Shown here: positions 9,361 to 18,719 of the stretch, piece after piece
Layout of the letters: each line of letters begins with the position of its first letter
Numbering within the stretch: the stretch's first letter is position 1
Origin: an uncultured Bacillales bacterium
GTDB lineage: Bacteria > Bacillota_I > Bacilli_A > RF39 > UBA660
Assembly (NCBI GenBank): GCA_902477075.1
Contig: CABSFU010000002.1
Coordinates: forward strand, 53,796 to 85,795
DNA: 32,000 bases
Reading direction: 5' to 3'
Translations under genes and position numbers: made by a program
Notes under the pieces: model-generated
The model's input: only the letters and a program-made list of their open reading frames with translations
Told to the model about the DNA's origin: nothing
Database searches by the model: none

Positions 9361-9391
9361 AAAAATATATAATGTAATTGGAGGGAAAAAT

Positions 9392-10069
9392 ATGGAAATA
9401 TTAAAAGTAGAACATTTAACAAAAACGTATGGAAAAGGAACAACAAAAGTAATTGCTTTAAATGATGTATCTTTTTCTGTAAACAAAGGTGAATTTGTTG
9501 CTATTGTAGGAGCAAGTGGAAGTGGTAAATCTACTTTATTACATTTGCTAGGTGGTGTAGATAGACCAACTAGTGGAAAAGTACTAATCGATGGCAATGA
9601 TATTTACAAAATGAATGATGACAATTTGGCTATTTTTAGGAGAAGACAAATTGGCTTAATTTATCAATTTTACAATTTAATTCCAATATTAGATGTGGAG
9701 GAAAACATCACTTTACCGAGAGATTTAGATAATAATCCTGTAGAGCCAGAAAAATTAGAAGAATTATTAAGTACTTTAGGATTAGAAAAGCGAAGAAAAC
9801 ATCTTCCAAATGAATTGTCTGGAGGACAACAACAAAGAACATCTATTGGTCGAGCATTGATTACCAATCCGTCACTTGTACTTGCTGATGAACCAACAGG
9901 AAATCTAGATTCCAAAGCTAGCGATGAAATTGTTTCTTTACTAAAATCATCTAATAAAAAATATAATCAAACGATTATTATGATTACTCATGACTTGGAA
10001 ATTGCTAAAAATGCAGATAGAATTATTACTATCGAAGATGGAAAAATTATTAGAGATGTGAGAAATTAA
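9392..10069 (+). CDS. ABC transporter ATP-binding protein (MacB/FtsE-like)
   Basis: Walker A GASGSGKST, signature LSGGQQQR, Walker B LVLADEPTGNLD, H-loop ITHD. Confidence 0.9.
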   Translation: MEILKVEHLTKTYGKGTTKVIALNDVSFSVNKGEFVAIVGASGSGKSTLLHLLGGVDRPTSGKVLIDGNDIYKMNDDNLAIFRRRQIGLIYQFYNLIPILDVEENITLPRDLDNNPVEPEKLEELLSTLGLEKRRKHLPNELSGGQQQRTSIGRALITNPSLVLADEPTGNLDSKASDEIVSLLKSSNKKYNQTIIMITHDLEIAKNADRIITIEDGKIIRDVRN

Positions 10070-10070
10070 T

Positions 10071-12590
10071 ATGAAAATATTAAATAAAATAATTATTAAA
10101 GACTTAAAATTAAACAAAAAAAGATCAATTGTAACCATAATAGGAATTATATTATCAGTAGCGCTTATTTGTGCTGTAGCAGGTATGGCTACCAGTTTTA
10201 GAGCAACTTTAGTAAAAGGGGAGATAGAGTCATCTGGATATTACCATGTAGAAATAGAAAATGTAGATTCAAAATTTAAAAATATTTTAAAACATAATTA
10301 TGATATTAAGGATATTTATGAGGTAAAAGAAATAGGATATGCAAAATTGGAACATACCAATTATGCATCTAAACCATATATGCATTTATATTCTATGACT
10401 CAAAATGATTTTGAACGTTTAAAATTCACGTTAATAGATGGAAGATTTCCAAACAATGAAGGTGAAATTGTTATAAGCCGCCATCTTAGAACATTAGGAG
10501 AGGTAGATTATAAAATAGGAGATACTGTAACATTTGAAGTAGGAAAAAGAGTATCTGATGGTTATCTGTTAAATAGTGGCATGCCATATAATGAAGAAGA
10601 AAATTTAGAAAATACGTTAGAAAGAAGATTTACAATTGTAGGGGTGATAGAACGACCAGACTATATTTTTGAACAATATTCTGATCCGGGATATACTTTT
10701 ATAACAACCAATTTAGAAAAAGATACTTCAGATTTATATATATCTTTTAAAAATCCCAGTGAATATCGAAAATCTCTTAGTGAAATATTAGAAATAGATG
10801 AAAAAGATGTGGACACTTGTTCAGGCGTTGAAATAGAAGAGTGTCATTTAAAATATCCATATATTTTAAATGAAAACTTACTAAGATGGGAAGTATTTAA
10901 TTTTAGTGATACAACAATTAATATGTTAATAAAAGTAATTGCTATTGTAATTCTGATTATCATGAGTACTAGTATATTTGTTATTCGAAATGCTTTTGCC
11001 ATATCAACTACTGAAAAAACAAAAATGATTGGTATGTTAAAAAGCGTTGGAGCAACTAAAAAACAAATAAAAAGAAGCATTGTAACAGAAGGAATGCTAT
11101 TAGGTATTATTGCAGTTCCTCTTGGTATTTTATCTGGGATATTTGCAGATTATATATTAGTTATTATCGTTAATTTATTAGTAGGAGATTTTATGTTTGG
11201 AACAATGAATGGTATGGTATTTGAAATTTCACCAGTAACAATTCTGATTTCCATACTATTAGGATTTATTACGATTTATTTATCTTCATTAGCGTCTACT
11301 AAAAAGGCTAGTAAAATAAGTGCAATTGAATCTATTCGAGGCAATGATAATTATGTAATAAAGTCCAAAAAATTAAAACCACCATTTTTGATTAAAAAAT
11401 TATTTAAAACTGGTGGTGTTATTGCTTATAAAAATTTAAAAAGAAGCTCCAAAAAATATAGAACAACAGTCATATCTTTAGTAGTAAGTATATTGGTATT
11501 TATAACAATGAATACTTTTATAAACTATGGGTTTTCTTTATCAAATGTGTATTACGTGGATATGGATTATAATATTATGATTCATAATTATGAAGAAAAA
11601 GATGTAGATAAAATACTATCATTAGACTATATAGAAAAATATACAAAATTATCTTATGGTGAATCTATTTCTTTAGATAATAATCATTTAAGTAATTTTG
11701 GAAGAAGTATTTTAGATGGGTATGAAGTAGAAAATGCTTCTATAACTGTATATGTATTAGATGAAAATTCCTATAAAAATTATATAGAAAAGTTACATTT
11801 AAAATATGAAGATTATCAAGATAAAGTGATTTTGAATGATTATTTTTTATATTCCTCTAATCAAGGTTATCAATATGAAAGATTTTTTAATTATAATATT
11901 AATGATGTTATACAAGGAACAATGGAAAACGAAAAGATATCTATCAACATTGATTATATTACTTCAACGTCACCAGATGGTGAAAGCCTATATGTGACGG
12001 GTGGATTGCTTTATATGAGCGAAAACTATTATAAAGAACATTTTAATGGAAAGTTAATTCCAGAAAGTATTGCTATTAAATCAAATAATGCAGAACAATT
12101 TGAAAAAGCATTTAATAATTTAAAAATAGATGCGAACATTACAAATTTAGAAGAAATGATGAATCAAAATAAATCCATGATTTTGGTGATATCAATATTC
12201 TTATATGGATTTATTACAGTTATAACATTAATTGGAGTAACCAATATCTTTAATACAATAACAACAAATATGGAATTGAGACAAAAAGAATTTGCTATGT
12301 TAAAAAGTATTGGAATGACAAAAAAAGAATTTAATAGAATGGTTAATTTAGAAACCTTATTTTATTCTACAAAATCATTAGTAATTGGTATACTATTAGG
12401 TACTTTAGGATCTTATGGTATTTATAAGGCATTTGCTACAGGATTTGATAAAGGTTTTAAAATTCCTTTTACTGCAATTATTATTTCTACAATAGCAGTA
12501 TTTGTTTTAGTTTTCTTCATTATGAGATTTTCACTTAAAAAAATCAATAAACAAAATATGATTGAAACCATAAGAAATGAAAACATATAG
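10071..12590 (+). CDS. ABC transporter permease, FtsX/MacB family (839 aa, two FtsX modules with large extracytoplasmic domains)
   Basis: Two copies of the FtsX-type pattern (..MLKSVGATKKQI.. and ..MLKSIGMTKKEF..), each followed by TM clusters. Starts 1 nt after the ATPase gene ends. Confidence 0.85.
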   Translation: MKILNKIIIKDLKLNKKRSIVTIIGIILSVALICAVAGMATSFRATLVKGEIESSGYYHVEIENVDSKFKNILKHNYDIKDIYEVKEIGYAKLEHTNYASKPYMHLYSMTQNDFERLKFTLIDGRFPNNEGEIVISRHLRTLGEVDYKIGDTVTFEVGKRVSDGYLLNSGMPYNEEENLENTLERRFTIVGVIERPDYIFEQYSDPGYTFITTNLEKDTSDLYISFKNPSEYRKSLSEILEIDEKDVDTCSGVEIEECHLKYPYILNENLLRWEVFNFSDTTINMLIKVIAIVILIIMSTSIFVIRNAFAISTTEKTKMIGMLKSVGATKKQIKRSIVTEGMLLGIIAVPLGILSGIFADYILVIIVNLLVGDFMFGTMNGMVFEISPVTILISILLGFITIYLSSLASTKKASKISAIESIRGNDNYVIKSKKLKPPFLIKKLFKTGGVIAYKNLKRSSKKYRTTVISLVVSILVFITMNTFINYGFSLSNVYYVDMDYNIMIHNYEEKDVDKILSLDYIEKYTKLSYGESISLDNNHLSNFGRSILDGYEVENASITVYVLDENSYKNYIEKLHLKYEDYQDKVILNDYFLYSSNQGYQYERFFNYNINDVIQGTMENEKISINIDYITSTSPDGESLYVTGGLLYMSENYYKEHFNGKLIPESIAIKSNNAEQFEKAFNNLKIDANITNLEEMMNQNKSMILVISIFLYGFITVITLIGVTNIFNTITTNMELRQKEFAMLKSIGMTKKEFNRMVNLETLFYSTKSLVIGILLGTLGSYGIYKAFATGFDKGFKIPFTAIIISTIAVFVLVFFIMRFSLKKINKQNMIETIRNENI

Positions 12591-12645
12591 AATGATAAAA
12601 TAATTGTAAAAAACAATTGTATAAAATAGATAAATTGTATATAAT

Positions 12646-12695
12646 AAAAAGGAACATACCTAATGAGTTTTTGTTAGGTATATTCCTTTTTGGTT
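12646..12695 (+). terminator. Strong rho-independent terminator of the ABC operon
   Basis: AAAAGGAACATACCTAA (12646-12663 region) pairs with TTAGGTATATTCCTTTT (12674-12691), 17 bp with one mismatch, then a T-run. Confidence 0.8.
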
Positions 12696-12700
12696 GAATT

Positions 12701-12724
12701 CCTAACGCCACAAGGGGCGTTAGG
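12701..12724. repeat. Isolated GC-rich perfect hairpin (9-bp stem)
   Basis: CCTAACGCC-acaagg-GGCGTTAGG; conspicuous in AT-rich intergenic DNA. Confidence 0.6.
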
Positions 12725-13107
12725 ATATGTTTTTATTTACTTAAAATATAAAATATTAAAAGTAATAGGAGTAAAATGATAACATAAAGATGTTTTTCTC
12801 TATGTGTCAGAAACACAACCTCACTTTCTATAAAAAGTAAGGAATATTCTAATGCATTAGATATGTTCAACTATAAATATAAGGTGTTTTAAATAAAATA
12901 CCTAAAAAATTGAAATTTGATATGAATTTTGATAAGATAGATGTATAAATAAGAATAGTAATATAGTTTGTAGATAGTGAAATTCTATCATTTACTGTAT
13001 GCAAACAAAATGATTTTAAATACTTCTTCTGTTTTGCTGTTAGAAAAAGCTGTAAAGTTAATCTTAATGATTAACTTTTTGTGTGTTATAATGGTAGTGG
13101 TGATATC

Positions 13108-13740
13108 ATGAAGATTCTATTATTAGAAGACAATGAACTTATAGGAAAAGCGCTAGTCTATTTATTAAACGAAAATCATTATGAAGTGGATTTATGTACT
13201 AATATAAAAGAAGCTAAAGAGAAAAATATGAAAATCTATGATTTAATGATATTAGATATTACTTTACCAGATGGTAATGGTATTGATTTTTATCAAGATA
13301 ATAAAGAAATTAAAACAATATTTTTAACAGCTTTAGATGAAGAAGAAGATATATTAAAATGTTTTCATTTGGGGTGTGATGATTATATTACAAAACCATT
13401 TAAAACGGGTGAACTATTAGCGAAAATAAAAAGAATTTTAAATAAAGAAAATCAAATAAAAGTAAAAAATATTGTAGTAGATTTGGATAAGATGATCGTA
13501 TATAAAGATGGTGAAGAAATCACTTTGTCCCAATTAGAATATAAAATATTAGTTTTACTATTTCATAATTTAGATAAAGTAATTACTCGGGAATTTATTT
13601 TAAATCAAATATGGGATGAATCGGAAAATTTTGTAGAAGATAATACATTAACGGTTTATATAAAAAGAATACGATCTAAGATAGGTGACAATATTATAAA
13701 AACAATAAAAGGAATAGGATATAGGATTGATAGCAAATGA
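13108..13740 (+). CDS. OmpR/PhoB-family response regulator
   Basis: Receiver domain (MKILLLEDN, LMILDITLPDGNG, K at ITKPF) plus winged-helix output (LSQLEYKILVLL, TLTVYIKRIRSKI, GIGYRI). ATG 13108 chosen over track GTG 13081. Confidence 0.9.
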   Translation: MKILLLEDNELIGKALVYLLNENHYEVDLCTNIKEAKEKNMKIYDLMILDITLPDGNGIDFYQDNKEIKTIFLTALDEEEDILKCFHLGCDDYITKPFKTGELLAKIKRILNKENQIKVKNIVVDLDKMIVYKDGEEITLSQLEYKILVLLFHNLDKVITREFILNQIWDESENFVEDNTLTVYIKRIRSKIGDNIIKTIKGIGYRIDSK

Positions 13741-14939
13741 AAGAAAAAAGTCATATAAAAATAATTATATTATTTAGTTTATTACTGATATTATTTGTGT
13801 TTATTAGTAGTTGCATTACAAAAAAACAATATCATGAATATAGTAGCTCTGCTAATAAAAAAATAAACAATTTAATAGCTTTGATAGAAGAAAAAAATAT
13901 AAATATTACAAATGATGAAATATTTGAAATATTAAATGACGATAAAGAAAATGTGATTCGTCAATATGGAATTGATATAAATCAAGATAGTATTTTGACA
14001 GATTATCCAAATATTCAAAAAAAATATAAGATGATTTATAGTATAATATTAGTCATTTATACAAGCTTTATTTTCTTAATTTATTTTTATTATCACTACA
14101 AAGAACAAAAAAAGATAAAACAAATTACGAATTATATTAAAGAAATTAATCAAAAAAAATATTATTTGGATATAAAAGACAATGGTGAAGATGAGTTATC
14201 TTTATTAAAAAATGAATTGTATAAAATAACAGTGATGTTAAAAGAACAAACAGAATTATTAAAAAAAGATAAAATCAATTTAAAAGATTCCATTAGTGAT
14301 ATTTCTCATCAATTAAAAACCCCTTTAACTTCTATTTCCATTTTATTGGATGATATTTTAGAAAATCCTAACATGAATAAAAAAACAAGAGATGAATTTT
14401 TATATAATATTCGACAAGAAGCAAATAATATTCAAATTTTAGTTCAAAATTTATTAAAATTATCTAAATTTGATGCAAATGTAATTGAATTTAAAAAAGA
14501 AAAAATAAATGTAAAAGATTTAATCAATCATTCTTTAAACAAATTAGAAATTATAAGAGAATTAAAAAATATATCCATTCATGTGGATTGCGATAAAAAA
14601 ATTTATATTAATGGTGATTCTACTTGGGAAGCAGAAGCTATATCTAATATCTTAAAAAATTCGATTGAATATTCTGATAAGGATGCTAATATTGATATTA
14701 AAGTAGAAGATAATCCTTTTTATGTAAAAATTATAATAAAAGATTATGGAAAAGGAATAAAAGAAAAAGACTTAAAAAATATTTTTAAAAGATTTTATAA
14801 AGGGGAAAATTCTATTTCTGGTAGTATTGGAATAGGATTAAATTTATCTCAAAAAATAGTAGAAAAAGATAATGGTTTTATAGATGTTTCATCTACAGAA
14901 GAGGAAACTGCTTTTGAAATAAAATATATTAAAAGTTAA
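13737..14939 (+). CDS. Sensor histidine kinase (two TM, HisKA + HATPase_c)
   Basis: H-box SHQLKTPLTS, N-box NILKNSIEYS, G-boxes DYGKGI and GIGLNL. Overlaps the regulator gene by 4 nt. Confidence 0.9.
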   Translation: MKEKSHIKIIILFSLLLILFVFISSCITKKQYHEYSSSANKKINNLIALIEEKNINITNDEIFEILNDDKENVIRQYGIDINQDSILTDYPNIQKKYKMIYSIILVIYTSFIFLIYFYYHYKEQKKIKQITNYIKEINQKKYYLDIKDNGEDELSLLKNELYKITVMLKEQTELLKKDKINLKDSISDISHQLKTPLTSISILLDDILENPNMNKKTRDEFLYNIRQEANNIQILVQNLLKLSKFDANVIEFKKEKINVKDLINHSLNKLEIIRELKNISIHVDCDKKIYINGDSTWEAEAISNILKNSIEYSDKDANIDIKVEDNPFYVKIIIKDYGKGIKEKDLKNIFKRFYKGENSISGSIGIGLNLSQKIVEKDNGFIDVSSTEEETAFEIKYIKS

Positions 14940-14961
14940 AATGATATCATTTTAACTTTTT
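14935..14961 (+). terminator. Terminator (perfect 22-nt palindrome + T-run)
   Basis: GTTAAAATGATATCATTTTAAC (14935-14956) followed by TTTTT; overlaps the kinase stop codon. Confidence 0.75.
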
Positions 14962-15110
14962 AGAATGCTTGAAATCATAAGATAGTAATACTAAATCATT
15001 AAAATAGCATACGAAAATAAAAAAATGGTAATTTGAATCATAAAAAAAGATCTGCTAAAGTGTAGTAGACAGGAGATGATAGATATTCCATAAAGAGTTT
15101 ATAAAACATA

Positions 15111-15143
15111 AAAAAGAAACTATTTTTATCTAAATAGTCTTCT
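15111..15143 (-). terminator. Terminator of the collagen-like gene
   Basis: AGAAACTATTT / AAATAGTCTTCT hairpin with one bulge; the A-run on the plus strand is a T-run on the minus strand. Confidence 0.6.
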
Positions 15144-15145
15144 TG

Positions 15146-15838
15146 TTAAGCTTCTTGTCTTCCTAAATACTCAATGAATATAGTTACTAATGAATTTGTA
15201 AAATATGAATTAGAATTAATATCTTGCAAATCTGGTGAATTTAAATAGAATGTTTGGTTCCCTAAGTTAACGATTTCGTAGGCATCTTCTGTATTAACAA
15301 TAGAAATAATTCCTTCTGCAACAATTTGATTTGCTATTTCATTATTTTTCCAACAACTTGCTCCTATATAAACATCATCAGTATTTGTTTTTCTAAAACC
15401 AATTGTAATGAAATCGGTTTTTGTATCAAAAGCAGCAGGTAATTTGTGATAAGCAGATATGGTAATGCTTACGTGATAATATCCGATTGTATTAAATTGA
15501 ATCATATTATTATTTAGCGTGACTAAATTCGTCATGTCTAATTCTTTTCTGGTAATGGGAATTTGTTTTAACACAGGAACAATGATGCCATTTTCTTCCA
15601 CTCCATCATTATAAGTCACTAAATAGCTGGATCGAGCATTATTATTTCCTTGCATTCCTTGTGGACCTGTTGGACCAATATCACCTTTTTCTCCCTGCAT
15701 TCCTTGTGGCCCGATATCACCTTTTTCACCTTTAGGACCCGTTGGGCCTATTAAAAGATAGGGATATTTTTTATTAAAATCTATTTTTTTTAAGGCTTTT
15801 TGATATATTTCTTTATCTGAATTGCATTTTTTATTCAT
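15146..15838 (-). CDS. Collagen-like (G-X-Y) repeat protein with globular C-terminal domain, BclA/exosporium-like
   Basis: 11 uninterrupted G-X-Y triplets (GPTGPKGEKGDIGPQGMQGEKGDIGPTGPQGMQ, nt 15650-15748). ATG at 15838 is preceded by AGGAGG; the track start 15886 lacks an RBS. Confidence 0.8.
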   Translation of the reverse strand: MNKKCNSDKEIYQKALKKIDFNKKYPYLLIGPTGPKGEKGDIGPQGMQGEKGDIGPTGPQGMQGNNNARSSYLVTYNDGVEENGIIVPVLKQIPITRKELDMTNLVTLNNNMIQFNTIGYYHVSITISAYHKLPAAFDTKTDFITIGFRKTNTDDVYIGASCWKNNEIANQIVAEGIISIVNTEDAYEIVNLGNQTFYLNSPDLQDINSNSYFTNSLVTIFIEYLGRQEA

Positions 15839-15964
15839 AAAAAACCTCCTTTTAGTATAGAATATGCTTTTAAAATATTGTTGCATAATGTAAAATACTA
15901 TTTTAATGGTTCAAAACTGAAAATAATAAAGTATAATAGATATTAGTGAAGAAAGGAAAAAATT

Positions 15965-16294
15965 ATGGTTGGTAAAAAACAAGAAGAAAATATAACAAAA
16001 AGAATTTTAATTACATTAAAACTATTTTATGAAAATAAAGGAAGAATTAATGATGAACAATTAGCTAGATTAGTATCGATGGAAGGAATTGTTACTTCTT
16101 CTAGTACGGTTGGTCGTGATTTGACAAGTAATCGTTTAAAAAAACTAATTCCAGAAAATGAGTATGAAGAAATTCAAAGATTGCGTAAACAAAATAAAGA
16201 ACTAGGTAAGAGTTTAGGAGGCAAAAATTTTGCTTTTTATAACGATTGTACCAGAAATGAAAGTGGACAATTTACGGGAAGTAAAAAAAGATAA
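15965..16294 (+). CDS. SpoIIID-like HTH transcriptional regulator
   Basis: SSSTVGRDLT...LIPENEYEEIQRL....LGGKN parallels the SpoIIID pattern SKSTVHKDLT..LP.I....EV..IL......GG from memory. Confidence 0.5.
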   Translation: MVGKKQEENITKRILITLKLFYENKGRINDEQLARLVSMEGIVTSSSTVGRDLTSNRLKKLIPENEYEEIQRLRKQNKELGKSLGGKNFAFYNDCTRNESGQFTGSKKR

Positions 16295-16316
16295 CTAAGT
16301 ATATAGAAAAGAAAGG

Positions 16317-16895
16317 ATGGAAATTTTGTTAGAATTAAGAAAAATAAGTAAAATTTATCAAATAAATGATTTTAAACAAAAGGCATTGAATCATGTAGAT
16401 TTAAAGTTTAGAGATAATGAATTTGTATCTATTTTAGGACCAAGTGGAAGTGGAAAAACTACACTTTTAAATATTATTGGTGGTTTAGATCAATATACCG
16501 ATGGTGATTTAATAATTAATGGAATATCTACAAAAAATTATAAAAATCAAGATTGGGATACCTATCGCAATCATAAAATCGGTTTTGTTTTTCAAAACTA
16601 TAATTTAATACCACATCAAACGGCTTTAGTAAATGTAGAGTTAGCTTTAACACTTTCTGGTATTTCAAAAGAGGAGAGAAGAAAAAGAGCAATTACTGTT
16701 TTAAAAAAAGTAGGTTTGGAAAAACATATTCATAAAAAACCAAACCAAATGTCTGGTGGACAAATGCAAAGAATTGCGATTGCAAGAGCACTTATTAATA
16801 ATCCAGATATTTTATTAGCTGATGAACCAACAGGAGCATTGTTTAAATCCAAAAAATATAATAGTTGTAATTTAAGGCCTTTATATTCCTTATAA
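16317..16895 (+). pseudogene. ABC transporter ATP-binding gene truncated after Walker B
   Basis: Walker A GPSGSGKTT, signature MSGGQMQR and Walker B ILLADEPTGAL are intact. After about nt 16841 the frame reads unrelated FKSKKYNSCNLRPLYSL*. D-loop remainder and H-loop are absent, and no partner permease follows. Confidence 0.75.
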
Positions 16896-16918
16896 TACTA
16901 AATAAATTAATATTCATT

Positions 16919-16947
16919 GATATAGAAAAAAATCTATATCTTTTTTT
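16919..16947 (+). terminator. Terminator at island left end
   Basis: GATATAGA (16919-16926) / TCTATATC (16933-16940) followed by TTTTTTT. Confidence 0.7.
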
Positions 16948-16993
16948 ATTACAAATATTTTTGTCAAAGAAATAATAAAGGGGGGTTGATAAA

Positions 16994-17872
16994 ATGACAA
17001 ATGAAATAATAAAAGTAGGAACTTTTTTTAGTGGAATAGGATCACCGGAAAAAGCTTTAGAAAGATTAAAAAGTGAAGGACATATTAAAGATTATAAAGT
17101 AGAATTTTTTTCAGAAATAGATAAAAATGCAATTAAAAGCTATTGTGTAATTCATAATGTTGATGAAAGTTTAAATCTCGGTAGTATAACTGATATTAAA
17201 GGTAAAGATTTACCATATTGTGATTTATGGATAGGTGGTTTTCCATGTCAAGATATATCTTGTGCTGGTAAGATGAAAGGATTTGATTTTACAAGTTCTA
17301 CAAGATCATCACTTGGTTGGGAGATGATTAGATTACTTAAAGAAGTAAAAACAAAACCCAAATATGTTATATTTGAAAACGTAGCTATGATAACAAGTAG
17401 GAAATTTAAGGAAACATTAAGCTTATTTAAAGAGGATTTAATAAGTTTAGGATATACATTATATGATCAATTATTAAGCGCTACTGATTATGGAATACCT
17501 CAAACTAGAACGAGGTATTTTTTAATCGCTATTTTAGATAATCAAAAAAATTTTAAATTTCCAGAAAAGATAGAAAATAATATAATTTTAAAAAATTTAT
17601 TAGAGGAATGTGTAGATGAAAAATATTACTTAACAAATTCTAATTATGTAATTAGAGGAGATAAAAGAATATTTAAGCATAAGAATAGAGAAGATATAGA
17701 ATATGAAGTGGATATGAAAAAACACTTAATTGGTGGTGTTTGTGGAATCGATAAACATACAAAGTTTGCTATATCATCAAGATTATTCTCTATTTATGGT
17801 AATTCACCTACATTGACGGCAAGCAATACATCGGATAACAGTAAAATTGTTGTAGAAAGTGAGGCAGAATAA
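16994..17872 (+). CDS. DNA (cytosine-5)-methyltransferase, N-terminal part (motifs I-VIII + target recognition region)
   Basis: Motif I FFSGIGS, motif IV GGFPCQDIS, motif VI FENV, motif VIII QTRTRYFLIA. Stops before motifs IX and X. Confidence 0.85.
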   Translation: MTNEIIKVGTFFSGIGSPEKALERLKSEGHIKDYKVEFFSEIDKNAIKSYCVIHNVDESLNLGSITDIKGKDLPYCDLWIGGFPCQDISCAGKMKGFDFTSSTRSSLGWEMIRLLKEVKTKPKYVIFENVAMITSRKFKETLSLFKEDLISLGYTLYDQLLSATDYGIPQTRTRYFLIAILDNQKNFKFPEKIENNIILKNLLEECVDEKYYLTNSNYVIRGDKRIFKHKNREDIEYEVDMKKHLIGGVCGIDKHTKFAISSRLFSIYGNSPTLTASNTSDNSKIVVESEAE

Positions 17873-18042
17873 TGAGAATCAGAAGGTTAACACCAAAAGA
17901 AACGTGGAGGTTAATGGGATTTGATGATAATGATTTTGAAAAAGCGAGTAAAGTTTGTAGTGAAACTAATCTTTATCATCAAGCGGGAAATTCTATTGTA
18001 GTGAATGTAATGTATTCAATTTTAAAAGAATTACTAAAATAA
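17872..18042 (+). CDS. DNA (cytosine-5)-methyltransferase, C-terminal part (motifs IX-X), separate 56-aa ORF
   Basis: MRIRRLTPKETWRLMGFDD (motif IX) and AGNSIVVNV (motif X). ATG overlaps the upstream TAA (TAATG) in a different frame. Below the ORF-track size cutoff. Confidence 0.75.
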   Translation: MRIRRLTPKETWRLMGFDDNDFEKASKVCSETNLYHQAGNSIVVNVMYSILKELLK

Positions 18043-18049
18043 AAAGATG

Positions 18050-18313
18050 CTATTTTGCATCCTTATTATTCTCCATAAGTTTCTCATAACCATCAAAAAA
18101 ATTTCTGATATCAAAATTATATTTTTGCGCTAAAAAGAAAAGGGTATCCAGTGAAATTCCTGTATCTACATTTGGACTTTCTATGTGAGATATAAAACTT
18201 CTACTCATATCAGTATCTTCTGCCATCTTTTCTTGTGATTTACCAATTATATCTTTTCTTATGGATTTCATATTTTGTCCTATAAGGGCGAAAAGTTCAT
18301 AAGTATTTTTCAC
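18050..18313 (-). CDS. Xre-family HTH regulator
   Basis: 87 aa; HTH_3 pattern IRKD..KSQEKMAEDTDMSRSFISHIES. Confidence 0.75.
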   Translation of the reverse strand: MKNTYELFALIGQNMKSIRKDIIGKSQEKMAEDTDMSRSFISHIESPNVDTGISLDTLFFLAQKYNFDIRNFFDGYEKLMENNKDAK

Positions 18314-18455
18314 AAAAATCCCTCCTATATATAATTTTATAGGAAATATTGATTTTATACTGCTCTCTTATAAGGAGCAATTTTGTTGCACGGTATTAAT
18401 ACTTTTGTGTTATAATTAAATTGGCACGAAAAAAGAATACTTTAGATAGTATTCT

Positions 18456-18719
18456 TTATCGCCTAGGAATACGACGATTTTCAATATTTTTCCTTTTCTC
18501 AAATAATTGGAAAAGTTCAACATTAAGTGTAGTTGCGATGTGATCAATATAGTCGATTCTAGTATTTCTTTTAGCATTTTCTAAATTAGATACATAAGTA
18601 GGTGTAGTTCCAAGTTTATCGGCAAAATCTTCTTGAGACCAACCTTTTTGTAATCTATAATACACAATATTATTTGCTAAAATATTACGAGCATTTGATT
18701 TCAATTTTATTGTCATCAC
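18456..18719 (-). CDS. Xre/cI-like HTH repressor
   Basis: 87 aa; YRLQKGWSQEDFADKLGTTPTYVSNLENAKRN is a classic HTH_3 signature. Divergent from the plus-strand island operon. Confidence 0.8.
   Translation of the reverse strand: MMTIKLKSNARNILANNIVYYRLQKGWSQEDFADKLGTTPTYVSNLENAKRNTRIDYIDHIATTLNVELFQLFEKRKNIENRRIPRR

Noticed and set aside
13084-13092. Extended -10 (TGtTATAAT) as the promoter of the response regulator gene
   Set aside because: It lies only 16 nt before the ATG and overlaps the space needed for the RBS, so the geometry is implausible. The real promoter is probably further upstream.
16848-16876. Possible att direct repeat: CCAAAAAATATAATAGTTGTAATTTAAGG versus 26803-26840 CCAAAAAATGACAAAAATAGTGTATAATTGTTTTAGG
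   Set aside because: Only a 9-nt exact core (CCAAAAAAT) plus gapped similarity in AT-rich DNA, which chance could easily produce. A comparison with an empty site is needed.
16317-16895. 192-aa ORF as an intact small ABC ATPase
   Set aside because: It lacks everything after Walker B (the D-loop aspartate context and the H-loop). The last 17 codons are unrelated to the family, and no permease partner is present.
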